A DNA stretch of 64,000 nucleotides from Trichinella spiralis. Taxonomy: Eukaryota. This document shows, piece after piece, positions 30,889 through 58,402 of this stretch. The stretch lies in assembly GCF_000181795.1 (NCBI RefSeq), contig NW_003526943.1:6418219-6482218 (forward strand), in the 5' to 3' direction. Under the pieces are notes generated by a model. That model was given only the letters and a program-made list of their open reading frames with translations. It did no database searches and had not been told where the DNA came from. Both the position numbers and the translations under genes were made by a program. Position 1 is the first letter of the stretch; every line of letters starts with the position of its first letter.

Positions 30889-31638
30889 ATGGCCAAACCA
30901 CCTCGAGGTATGTATTTTTACTTTGCCATTTTTATTTATTTATGATATTTATATACATATATTGCTTTACTTGTATCAAGCTTGTTTTGTGTATAAGCCA
31001 CTGCACAAATACCGCTATTTGCCAAGACCAGTTACCGGTGTGCATGAATTCGATTATGAATCAATGGAAGCCACTCCTGATCATTTTCCTGATAAGCTTG
31101 AAACCCGACCAAAATTGTGGGTAGCGTGGCTTTATCGAAAGCCATCAAATGAACCAAGGTGGATCAAAAAGGATATTGAACTTTTGTTTGGCGTAAAACC
31201 CAAAGTAAATGCTTTTAGTATTTAGAAAAGAAAGATTAAAAGAAAAGTATCAAATTAAGCATTAAAACATTTCAAAGACTAAAGTTAAATCTTTTTTAAT
31301 GTTATTTTTAGCTTTTGGAAATGAACATTTTCAAAAATATGCCCTATTGGAATAAGCGGCTTTGGAAAATTAAGCATTTGATCGAAGTGAAGCCTATTGT
31401 TTTTCCAAATGGTGAACCTACTGAAGAGGACATTCCTTACATGAGACTTTTTCCGGATGGACGGTGTGTAGTGGACAAAGCAATGAAGCTGGACACTTTG
31501 GAAGCAGATGAATTAAATGAAGAAACAAACGAACTCACTGATAAATATTTTAATGAAAAATTACGTTTCAAATGGAATCGTTTTGACGATATTCTCGAAG
31601 ATGCTCCTTGGACAGATCCAAAACAGAGTCGATTTTAA
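30889..31638 (+). CDS. MRPL30: Mitochondrial ribosomal protein L30-like (uL30m), three exons
   Basis: PKLWVAWLYRKPSNEPRWIK..., IFKNMPYWNKRLWKIKHLIEVKPIVFPNGEPT, matching the recalled mL30 KN.P..N..L..VKHLI...P..P.G.P pattern. Confidence 0.75.
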
Positions 31639-34600
31639 AATTTCAGAACTAACTGTGACTTTAGCTATTCATTTATTCATCTAAATTTATTCAATTAAAT
31701 TTGATAATTTTTTAATAAATTATCCGAATTTTTTAAATATATTACTTTTTATTTAATTTTACAAAGTTATGATAATTATCGTTATAATTATGCGAACAAA
31801 ATTATATTAAGTTTATTACTGATGATGAAATGGTGGTCTACTTCCGGTGTGGACTTCAACAATTCTTGTTTTTTTTGCAAATTACAAACTTACTAATATT
31901 AATTTTGAATTTATGAAAACAAAAAACCTGTCAATTGAGAGAAAGTTTCTTTTTCATAAAGTGAATAACATGAAATTTTCAGCAAGTGATGATTTAAACT
32001 GATTATAGGATTGAAATAAAGCTGCTGCTATTGAAAATGAAAGTAAAATTTTATTCAAAAACTTTAAACACAAAACCATCAGGTTGATTAATTTCATAAA
32101 TATTAAAATTAACTTTATTAATTACTGATATGTGTAAATTGAAATTTTATTCGTGTGAAGAAATGGGATTTATGCAGCAAGTGGTTTTTAATAGTATAAA
32201 AATTATAAATTTCAAAAATCCCAGTAGAATTATTCAAATTGGTAGTCAAAATGACCATTTGCAGATCTAATGGAAAAAGTTATTTTCAAAATTGCCCTTA
32301 AAAGAGTAAATCAGCATTTTTAATCAAACTCTCCATTTGTATAACTCAATATATTTTGTTTTGACGTAACTTTAAAAATTTGCACAACAGGATTGATTTT
32401 ATACTATATGCAGATAATGCTGTTTCAGTATAATTCAATTTTCTTTATTTGAATAAAAATGATTTTCATGTATATTGTTTATGAAAAATAAAACTGTGCA
32501 ATATGCATTTATTTATTTTATTTAATTTAAATCTAAATAATTTCATTTAATTTCAGATAGCTTCAATTCTTTTGGTCTGAATAATTATGCATGAGTAATT
32601 ATTTTGTTGAAAGGAAATTTTACTTTATTCAATTACTTTTCATTTTAATTTTAGAAACAGTGTATATTTTCTTCTTATTTAAATTAAATGAAAATTAAAT
32701 CTATTTAATTTTACCAAAAAAATTTATACACATTGTGCGGTTAGATAAAAATGAGTAAATAATGAAGATGCAAACCAGATCATCAAATTCTCATAACTTC
32801 CTGATAAAATTATACAAATAATAATATAATTTTTATACATTTTTGTTTTTAATTATTTACGCAGTATTATTTAATGCCTATTTTTTCTCTTTTCACATAA
32901 CATTTCGTCATATATTGTTGCATTTCAATTTGATGTTTGTTATACGCTCGCTTCTTTGTTAGTCAGAATTAATATGCAATATGTTTGTATATTTAAAAAT
33001 GCATATTTTCTTTTTGTTTATTACAAAGTGAAATTCATCATATTTCAGTTGTGTTGACAATCGTATTTTTTTTATTTTATGTGCAAAGTCATAAACTGAA
33101 AAAATGTATATTTCTCATATATAAATGAAAAATACCTACGATGCATATTAAATGTGTTTTGAAGGCAATTTGCATTAAATGAAATTAAAACGTTTATAAA
33201 GAATATCCTGTTCAAAATGTTATAATGACAATTAAATTTTGTTATACGCTTTAAAATTTTTTAATGGTAATGAAAAAAATTTGAAACCATCTAATTCAAC
33301 TAAAGCTGATGACGTGAATTCAATGATTGCTTTATTTTTTTCCTTTTTGCGACTGCATTCCTTTTATTTTTATAGCATTAAAAGCACTCCTGTAGATTTT
33401 ATATAATTAGCAGTTCAAACATTCATTTCGTAAACATCATTATACTACTGCAGTTTATCTCAAACAAAATGATGCAGTAATAAAGTAGTGCTTAGTTCAC
33501 AGTAATAAAAGGGAAATTCAGATAAAAAAGATAATTTTTAAAATTATTATTTGAAATTTTGAATGTTACCATCTTGTAGTGTGCATTTAATCAAAAGATT
33601 AAAGACTTCATTTGCATTGTTTCAAGTTGAACATGTTCATTGCTTTTTCATTATCTGCGTTCAATAAAATTTCAAATCTTGCCCTTCTTTAAACTGTGCA
33701 GTAGTTTTGCGTTTGGATTTTTCAGTTTTCAATTAAACGAAATTAGGGATTGCTATTCTGTTATGATAAGATTCTGAAATCAATAGATGAAATAAATTAA
33801 TTAAATTATTTATTTTATTATTAAGCCAACCGTTTCTCAAAGGATTTAATTAATTTAACTCCATTGCATGTAAGATAAAATTAAAATTAATCATCTTAAT
33901 ATAGCTTTTATTTAATTGTTAAATAAAATTGCGCTTTGTGTTGATTTTCAAAAATTAAAGCCATAAAATCATTACACGAATTACATATTTTCGAACATAC
34001 GGATAAGTTTCTTTCTTTTTGGACCAGGATAAAGAACATTTTCTTAACGTTATTGAATATTTCTTTTCTAATGGAATAAATATTGCACAAATACATTTTT
34101 ATTTCAAATATTCGAACATGGTAATTCCTGTTATGTTATTTAATTTTTAATAAAAAATGAAATTAAAAAATGAAAAAGAATTTATATTTATATGGTGTAA
34201 TTTAAAGAACAGACTGCCTTGAAAAAATCAAATTAGCCAAAAAATGGTTTAAATGCAAATAAGCAGTATGTTATTTTTAAAAAAATTTACATTTAAAACA
34301 TGTTTACAGAAATAATTTGCATATACATGAAAATTTTTCATCATGTCACAAAAATGTTGCATTATAAAAAATTTATTCATATCTGAATACAATTTACAAT
34401 TTTCAAGATTACAGTAGTTTATGAAATGAAATAAAATCAATTTTGTAATTTGGTTTTGTACAAACTTTGGATTACTATAATTAATGAAATATACGCAGGT
34501 GAATCAGGTATACTGTATACAAGTTTGATAATGCGTTTCATTGGTGCTTTCGTTGATGGGTGTGGTTTTTGTTTTGGTTTTTTAATTATTGTGAACTGCC

Positions 34601-35144
34601 AAGTTTGCTTTATTTTGTCTTCAGAATTTAAATTCTAATAGTTTTATTTTATTTTTTATTAACTGATTTCCTGACCCGGAAGCTTTGATTCAGTGAGGTG
34701 TTGGTCCATTCATGCGAATACGCGTTGCGAGTGTTTACTTTCGAGATAAAAAATTTCGTTACGCATTCACAGCCAAATGAGATTATCGTTGATTCTTTAA
34801 ATATTAACGCAGCTGTAGCTTGGTGTGTGTGATAAAGCACTGTAATTTCCATTGATCAATAGCGTGGGATCGATTTAGTTTTCTAGACAAATTTTATTTG
34901 GACAAAGGCGGCGTTTTGGTTGTGAACATTATCATGGTTTTTCTGCACGTTGGAACTTTGAACATATAAACAAAGGCACGTGCTGTGCTGTGCTTTTTTA
35001 CGTAGTGTGCAGCATGTGGCCGCACCCTCGACAGTTGTTCAGACTTTTCTTTTTATAAGCACTGACAGATGGTTAATTTGTGGGGAGGGACATGTGTTAA
35101 GTTTTATTATTTTGCAATGCTTTAAAAAATTTTCCTTTTTAGAA

Positions 35145-39914
<4,770 letters not shown>

Positions 39915-41719
39915 TTGTTTATTTTGAAATTGAATAAATATATCGTTGGTAAATTTAAATTTAAAAGAATTCAAATTGCCTTTATTATCATTATTTTGTA
40001 TGTTTTTTCGACAATTTTATTCATATTGTCGTCGTCTTTTTTGCATCTCTCTTCATTTGCATTTTTGATTAAGTGTATTGTTGCTGACGGTTGTTTCGAA
40101 ATGTTTCCAGTGAATTTTCCCAATGGTTGTGATCAGGTTTCTCTGTACTTCGAGCAATTTTGTTTATTTCCCTGCACGCGCAGGCTTTTTGTCACTTTAT
40201 TTCATTCTTGCATTTTCTATTATTCATTTTTTTAAATATTTTTTTGCTGACTGTGCTGGATATGATTTTTCAGCTATTTCAGAAGAGCAGAGCAACCGTG
40301 TAGGGCGTGGCCCGGTTTTTAAACTTGAACAGTGAAAATCTGCTTAGTTTGGGTTGTGTTTAACCTTTTTCGCTTTACCATGTTTTTGTTCTCTTAAGCT
40401 GAAAAATGAAAATCAATAATAGGATATGTTGCATTTTTGTTTATTTGCGAGAAATTTCAGAAGCTATTGAAAGAAAAAAAATATAGAGCAGCATTGCCGT
40501 GGGCATTTTGGATATTGCAATTTGAAAACAGAAATTGCATTATTGGCAATCGTTAATTTCATCATCTCGTCTGCTGCAACTAGCTGGCTCATTGCACAGT
40601 GATCAATGTGTGACGTTTGAGTGCTTTTTGAAAAAAATTCATTTACTTTATTTCCTTCTTTGAATAATGAAATCATAATTTAAAAAGTAAAATTAATTCA
40701 ACTGGTAATCAGATTTAATTATTGAACAAATTACTTCACTCTTACTTTAAAAAATTTAAAACTAAAAAATAATCAGTTGTGAAATTGAAGTATATAAGTA
40801 TTATTTTAAAAAATGTTAATAAATAAGACAACACTTTTACAATAAATCAATTGATTTCAGTAATTATTTGACAATAGAATGTCAGAAGCGGTAATTTGGT
40901 TCAGACAATCAGTTTATGTTGATGGAAAAATTCATTAAAAAGAAATTTATTGTTGTCATTCCTATCGAAATGCATTTTCAAATTACTTAATCAGATGATA
41001 ATGCGTAAAATACAATTTCATATCATATTTACTGAAAACACACTATCAAATAGAAGAAACACACTAACAATATTCATATTTAAAAAACTTTTTTATCTGC
41101 TTTTCAGTTAAACAAATCAATCGTTTTTGAAAAGGTTCATCAATTTGAAAGCAACTTTGTAATTAAAAGCCGATTTATGGTAAAAATTTTACCTGTACTT
41201 CTTTGCTTAAATTACAACTTATTTCATACAAAAATGCATAGAGTATTGAAATTGAAAAGAATGTTTTTATTAATTTAGCTATTTAAGTTCTCGTTGAAAT
41301 TAATATTACAGGCTGAGAATGGAATTAAAATAAAACGCATAATAGCTGAAAAAATGAACTTGACTAACTGCAATATTTGAAGTCTTACTGTATCTTTTGA
41401 ATAAACAATTTCCATTTGTCAAAAAATATTTTTGTTCCTTATGTTAGTTTTTGGGTATAACTTAAAAAAGATTTGTTTTGATATAATGTTAATAGTAATC
41501 AATAAAGTATATTTTGTTAATATTCTATTGCAGGATAATATTTGTAGTTGATGTTGATGAAGAACGAATGTTTCTTCAAAAATTATGACATAATACAGTT
41601 TTCAAATTTTGATTCCTAAAATATTACTTTCAATCTGTTCGCATTTGCAATTTTCGCCAAATTCTCCTTAATCTGGTATGTAAATTTTCAGATCAAAATC
41701 CAAAATTGTCGCCTTCCCG

Positions 41720-42097
41720 ATGAGCGATCTCAGCGAAGATGATCTGAAGAAAGAAATTGATATTTTTGTAAAGAGAAATCAACAGTTACGTTCCGAAATA
41801 GAAGAATTGGTAAGTGTCAAGAAAGAAATTTCAGAAAACTACGCATCACTCGTACGAACAGCTCGTTCACAAACCGAACGTCTACAAGCACAGATACGCG
41901 ATCTGCACTCCAACTCGGCTCAACTGTTGAAATGCCCATCGTGTGGAGAGGAATTTTTTATTCAAGAATCTCAGCGGGTTCGACCAACTTGCAAATTGGA
42001 CCGAAAAACTCCGGTGGTTCATTTGTACTTTGAATCCAACGATCAAATGCACAAGTGGATAAAGCAGCATGGAATTGTTGAAAAGCCGGCTGGCTAA
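41720..42097 (+). CDS. Small coiled-coil protein with a CxxC motif, resembling the FLASH/CASP8AP2 N-terminal coiled coil
   Basis: 125-aa ORF preceded by a TTTTCAG acceptor and followed by AATAAA (~42120); ENYASLVRTARSQTERLQAQIRDL; CPSC. Confidence 0.6.
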   Translation: MSDLSEDDLKKEIDIFVKRNQQLRSEIEELVSVKKEISENYASLVRTARSQTERLQAQIRDLHSNSAQLLKCPSCGEEFFIQESQRVRPTCKLDRKTPVVHLYFESNDQMHKWIKQHGIVEKPAG

Positions 42098-42308
42098 TTG
42101 CTTTCTTTTTTTTCTGTTCAATAAAATCGAATTTTCATTTATTTGATTTATTTATTTTGTTAAAGCTGATTTTTACACTCCTCCACTCGCAAGCGTCAGT
42201 TGTTCTTACATGAGCAATTATTATGAAAATCACTGGGAAAAGTACAGTAAAACGGGAAACAAACAGCAACAAGCGTGAAAAGGGGACTTTCTTCCTCATG
42301 CCAAACGT

Positions 42309-43209
42309 TCAAATTATTTGTATATTGTGACTGGTTACTTTGTCAGTTTTTTCCAGTTGGATTCCATTCTCAATGTCAATATCGCGATCGGGTTGCATTT
42401 TTGAAAAATACTGCTGCAAATCTTCCAGTCGACCTTTCGAGAGTTCGTATTTGTGCAACGAGAGTTTGTTGTAAAATGTGTAAGTGAAGCCGATGAAAAC
42501 GACAAATATCAACGCAAGCAAGCCTGTGGTGATCCAAGGCACGCTGCTTTCTTGGACTGCGGTAAATTTGATCCAAAATACGATCGCAATTTCCAACAAG
42601 AACAACAACAAGCCGACCACTGTGCTGAAACACCAGGCCAGCTCGATGTACCAACGCATGCGGACGTGGGGCGATTCGTTGATCACTTCCAAACTGCGCA
42701 CGTTCAACACGGAATCCATGTGAGGAAGAATACAAGTTGACATCATCAACGCCAACAAGTGGACGCTCACTAGCAGGGTAGTGCAAATGGCAAACGCGAG
42801 CAAAACCGAACGGCTAATTGGCAGGGCTGTTCCAGAACTGCTTCCGAGGTCCAATTCCACAAGTGCGACCTGCCCGAAAATAATAATAATTATTATTATT
42901 ACACGTTTGGTCTTTTTGAACAACACGAACTAATTGACAATTGAAAGGAAAAAAAGGAAATATACCATGGCAAAGCCGGAAAGTAGCGCTGAAGTTTGGC
43001 TTGAAGCTTTCAGTTTCGCCCTGCTAAGGTGAAGCTGACGAAGACTGAAAGCATAATCCATAGAAAAGGATTTTTATGTTTCAACAGTTATTTAAAACTG
43101 TTCAAACTCACAACACTTAATGACAAACAAACAAAAAATGTTCGTTTTTTTCCTAACATTACCGTTTACAGTACTTCCAATGATCAGGTATACATGTCCA
43201 TTTCATCAT
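42309..43209 (-). CDS. ORAI: Orai calcium release-activated calcium channel; exons 43209-43163, 43044-42966, 42868-42309
   Basis: [69 protein letters not shown]. Confidence 0.95.
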
Positions 43210-43692
43210 TTTATTTGTTAATTTGATTTATTTTTGACATTTTTGTTAAATTTAAAATTCTAAATATATGAATGCATTTTTTTGAAATTTCTAAAATTGA
43301 ACAGAATAACTCATTATATAACTCATTAAATTGCTCATTTCACAGCTAAATAAAATAAAAGCAGTACTTTATTTAAAAAATTAAAAATAAAATTACTATG
43401 TTTTTATATGTTACATAATTAAATTTTTTTAATAAAAAATATCTAATTGTGCAAAGAAAAAAATCAACATAATTCATAATTCACTCGAAAACATAATTCA
43501 TAAATTATTAAATATTATTTTAAAGAATTAACTATTATATAAGCAATTTTGTAAATGAAAATATTGCTTAAATAAAAAACTCAGCGTCTTTTTTTAGTTT
43601 TTATTAAGTATTTACCTGCAGCTTATTGTATCATACTGTAAATTATTGGTATTTGTTTTGTGGTGCGACTTGTTCATTTTGTACTGAGAACG

Positions 43693-53526
<9,834 letters not shown>

Positions 53527-55627
53527 AAAAAATAAATGTGTTCTATTTAATGAATTTATTTATTTATTTATTAATAGTATAATTAGTTATTATAATTTTC
53601 TTTTTCTGATACAATTTTATTGTATACATTATTATTATTATTATCATATTTGCATTAAAAAAAGAGAAGTATATTATACTGTTGTGAATAAAAGTTATTC
53701 ATTCTTCTACAAAATGCGTCAGTTGTTTGTTTGCTGTCAATAATTATTAATATGTGGTATGAAATGAGTGCAAAAAATATTGTTGTGTAGTAGTTTTTTG
53801 AGAAGAATTTGTAAAGTGACGCATTGTTGTTGAAGAGAAAAAAATTTATCGAAATTTGTATTATTTCAAATAAACACATATGAAAAGCATAATTTTTTCT
53901 TTTTGAATTTCCCCTACATTACGAGAAAGCAATGTGAAATGAAAATGTTGGTCCCCGAATACAACAGGTCGACGACTGTTGAAATGACTAGATGGGAAAA
54001 TTAAAAATATAATAATAAAATAAAAAATAAAATTATGCTGTAAAAATAAAATTGAAAAGAAATGTGCGTGGGATGATTTAATTAAAATTTAGTTTTACTT
54101 TTTCGGTATAGAAATTTAAATTTCCTGAGCATCCAGTTGAGGATAACTGTAGTCGCAGACGCGTGGGCGTGTTTGATCGCCTGGTGCAGCCAGTTTGTAC
54201 GATTAACACCAATTAGGCCCCGCGGCGATAGTTTTGGTTTCTATTACACAACTCTGCGACGGCCGGCGCTTTGTTTCTTCAGGCGTTGGTTGTTGAGCTG
54301 AACGGTCGAGCAGGAAAGCTCGACTAAAGTTAAAATTGACGGTACTGAAAACGTTTTTATTTTAATCACTTGATATTATTATTATTATTATTATTATTTT
54401 CATATTAATTTCACATCTACTTTTCCATTTCTGCCGGTCGCACGAGAACTTTCATGTAAATTTTTTTGCTTAGTTTTGCTTTGGGAATTTTATTTTTTAA
54501 TTTTTAGTTTTTTAATTTAATTATTTTGAAAACAGCGTTTTCTTTTTTTTTACAAAAATTGGATGAAATGTTTTTTTTCAATAACTGGTAAGCTGAGAAA
54601 ATTTACTTTTTTTAAATGGATATCGATGATGATGCAATTAGTTGACTTTAAATTTACAATTAATTGCATCTATTATTTTAGTTTTGTCTTTCAAATTTTC
54701 TCAGTTTGTAATGTGAAGATTTAGAGAAAGAGAGAAAGAAAACAAGAAAATAAGTCTATTTATTTATTCTGTATTTTAAAATTATCCATTTGTTCATTTT
54801 TGATATTTTAATAATGGAATTAATTGTAATGGCCATTATTTTGTCAATGAATGAATTTTCAAATCTTTCCTGTCATCTTTTGCTAATTGATTGTTCATCA
54901 AATTAATTGACCGCTGCTTAATTGCGAAGCAATATTCAATTCTATTTACCTTTCTCCTCCTGACGGACGGTCAATTCACTGATAATTATATTTATTTATC
55001 GCCTTTGTTTGGCATTTGCATTTTCATATTTGCATCTTTTCTTCATTCACCTTTTTCTCTGTTAATAAATAAAAAATATTCGCAATATTTTATTTAAATT
55101 TATTTTAAAAATATTTTTTACAAATTCAAATTGTCTGTCTATTTGAAAGATTAATCTTTTACCATTTTGTGGCTTTACAGTAGTAGCAGGTTGAACTGTC
55201 TGTCTGTCGAATTAATTGAAACGAAGCGTCAACTATTTTTATTATCTTCTCAATATGCAAATTCAAAAAATAAACATTATTTCCTCAACAACAGAATAAT
55301 AAAATTGTAAAGTTGTTAATATTGTCAACGCTTATATTGTCCAAATGGACAGTGTGAAATTATTGTTTTTTTTTCATTATTAATTTTCAGCTTTACTGAT
55401 TTCTTGAAACAACAATTTGCGTGTAAATAGCATTTTCAAAATTAAAATTTCATTCACTGAACACTGAGATTGAGACGGTTGAAACTGTTGAATAAAGTTG
55501 ATTCACTTTTTCGACTTCAAACCAACGTTGTTGTTATGTGAAAGTGACTGGTGAAATTATTTTCAGACGGTATTCAAAAAAGATTGTTGTTAGTGAATTG
55601 TTGAAACAATTGAAAAGCCAAAGCAGT

Positions 55628-58321
55628 ATGTCGTCGCCCTCTTGTGAAGATGAAGCGCCGACCACGCCCGACATTGCCGGCGAGTCGGCTTCCCGTGAGC
55701 AGCCAAATGTGCAATCGTTGGCCAACAGTCCGACGAAGCAGCCGCTTTCCCACGCGTCCGATTATCCGCATTTGAAACAGGCGCTCAGTCAGGAGCCGTA
55801 TCCAGCCAGCGGCTCGCAGCCGCCGTCCTGCTGGAGAGACGGCTGGATCAGACCGCCACAAACTGTGATGGTCACCGACTTTCTGACGGGCGGTCAGTGG
55901 CAGGGCGGTGCCGGTGTTAATTTCTACCCGAAGTGTCCGCCGCCGTTCGACTTCCCCTGGCAACAGCAGACCTTTCCGGCCGGCCTGCAACACTACCAGC
56001 GTGGCACGGGCGCCCAGTTCGAGCCGGTCAATTTCCACACTCCTTTGCCACCAGTGGAGTCTTATTATGCTTGTCCGCAGACGAAGCTTCGAATGGGCGT
56101 GGCCAACTCGGCTGAATCACCGTTTCGCTTGGCCGACCAACGCGGCGCGATCGACTGGTCAGCGTTGATGCCAGCCGCTTACAGTATCAACAACAACGAT
56201 AATAATAATAATCAAAGGGACACGGTCATTCAGCGTGCAGGAGTTGAAGCGGATTGTCGCGCGTTGTCTGTCTACAAATGCTTGTCCGGTTAGTTGACTT
56301 TACTGTTGAATTTGGCGATTTTGAATTCAACCGAGCTACGTAGGAATGATTGAATTTCAGGAACCACGTGCCGCGGACCGGCAATGCTCATGCCGACCAA
56401 CAAACGCGACGGTTTGTTGGTGCAGTCGAGAAAGCAGACCGACCCGGCGCCGGCTTGCTGCTTGCCACTGGAAGATAAGATCCGATTCGGACAGCGCGAC
56501 TATTTCGGCATGCCGGTCAGTTTGAACATGATCGGTATGGTCAACAACACCGGACAGGCGGTATACAATGTCACGTCGGCCAAGACGAAGAACATCGCCA
56601 AGAGGAAGAACAAAAATCCACTGGCCACCAAATTTACGGTCAAAAGTTTGAAGCAACTGTTGCAGAGTCAGAATGCCGCTTTCGACCGTTGGAAATCGCC
56701 GGACAAAGCCACGCCCAGCGTTGGACTACTCGCCCAAGTCCCTCGCAGAGCTGCTGCCGAACAACAAGCTACAAGTGGCGTCGACTTGGACAACAAAATT
56801 ACAACAACAGCAACAACAACTGATGCTGCTGCTGCTGCTGCTGGTGCTACTAATATCACTACCATGACCACCTCCCCCATCACCACCACGACTACAATTA
56901 CCAACAGCAGCAGTACGACGACAACGACAACAGCCACGGCAAAATCCCTGATACTACCTGTACAGGCGAACAGTATTAATAGTAGTCGTAGTAGCAGTAA
57001 GTGACGTTGTTGAAATTGAAATATCATTTTTCAATATAATTAATTCATTCATTGAGGAGAATGGATTTTTTCAGCTTTGCCTTTCAACGCAACCCCGTTT
57101 GCAGTTGCAAGTGGCAACGTCAATTTTGTTAACAAACATACCATCTGCACCGGCAATCCTGGCTTAATGAAAAATGAAGACAAATTGACGCTGCAAACAA
57201 ATACCGGCACCAGTCCAAGGGCGCGGTTTTACGATTTCAAGTGCTTGCAAATTGGGAACTTTGTCGTCGAAGGACGAACGACAAGCACCTTTCCATACCG
57301 ACTTCGTCTCTACTTTGCCAAGAGGTTCGGTGGTACCAAACGAACAAATGGGGATTTATTTGTTAATTTGCATATTTTTACAGGCAACTTGTTTACGACT
57401 TTGAGTGGGATTCAGAAGACGAAGAAGAAGAAGAAAGAAATCGAGATGGAAATGAAGCGGTAGAAGAAGATGGTGGAGTAGAGAAAGGAAAAGAGAAAAA
57501 GAAAGCAAGAATGGGGGAAAAGTCGCCGGCGCAGCAGTCGAGCACCATCGACAACAACAAGCCGTTGAAAGTTGGCCGACGAATGGTGGCAATTGTGGTA
57601 CGTTTCGATTCTCTGACGGCGATGCTGTTTCGAAAGAGGGAAATTCTGTTGGCAATCAACGAACCGCCCAGGCTAATAGTGAACAAAGTGCAGGCGAGGA
57701 GAAATTTGCATGTTGTGCTCAACAAATTTGTCGAATATAGCACCGTCGACGATATAACCAACGGAGAGTTGAGAAATGCACTCGTGCATCGGGTAATTGT
57801 TTCTTTATTTATTCAAATTTCACCGCTGTTGTCAATTGATCATTACTTCCTTACAGATACTTCTCTGCAAAGCCCAAGGGAATCTGATCGAAGATCACCT
57901 CTGCCAGTTCGACCATTCGATGGCGTCGTTGATGTGCTGTCTGGATTTGAATTTGGGCGTGGTGTTCAGGAACAGTCGTCTCAAATGCCCACTTCTCGCG
58001 TCGTTCTATCCAACTTTTCACAGCATCGACTGCGAAGACCAACTGACTTGTAGAAGATCTGAGCAGCAACAGCAGCAGCAGCAGCAGATCAACGTGGCTT
58101 TGCACTGCGATTGTCCATCAACTGTCGGCAACAGCAACGATCACGACGGTCATCGGCTTCATTTGCATACGTCAATGCCCCCTAATGCTTGTCAACTGCC
58201 GAGGGACAAAGATGGGACGGCCGAACACCAGTCGGCCGCCAACCAGCAGCATCACTCTTCAAACGCAACAGAAAGTGGAAATTTCAACGCCGACTGGCCA
58301 TTTTCATCCTTTGTCTGTTAG
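55628..58321 (+). CDS. Uncharacterised protein: low-complexity N-half plus a C-terminal TRF2/HOY1-type PH-like domain; exons 55628-56288, 56361-56996, 57075-57324, 57384-57792, 57857-58321
   Basis: Four phase-consistent GT-AG introns join the long GC-rich ORFs into one reading frame. The domain call rests on recalled motif similarity only. Confidence 0.75.
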
Positions 58322-58369
58322 GCTCGATTGTCGTCGTTGAGTGCAGAGATGTTTCTTTTTTCTCCGCAA

Positions 58370-58402
<33 letters not shown>
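58370..58402 (+). repeat. (ATT)n microsatellite
   Basis: tattattatt... run in the 3' UTR region. Confidence 0.9.

Noticed and set aside
31640..34600. 3-kb gene-free AT-rich stretch with short palindromes
   Set aside because: Only low-complexity A/T palindromes and F/I/L/K-rich spurious ORFs; no supportable element
54211..54220. TTAGGC hexamer as a possible telomerase RNA template
   Set aside because: Only one repeat unit, whereas a template needs about 1.5 units
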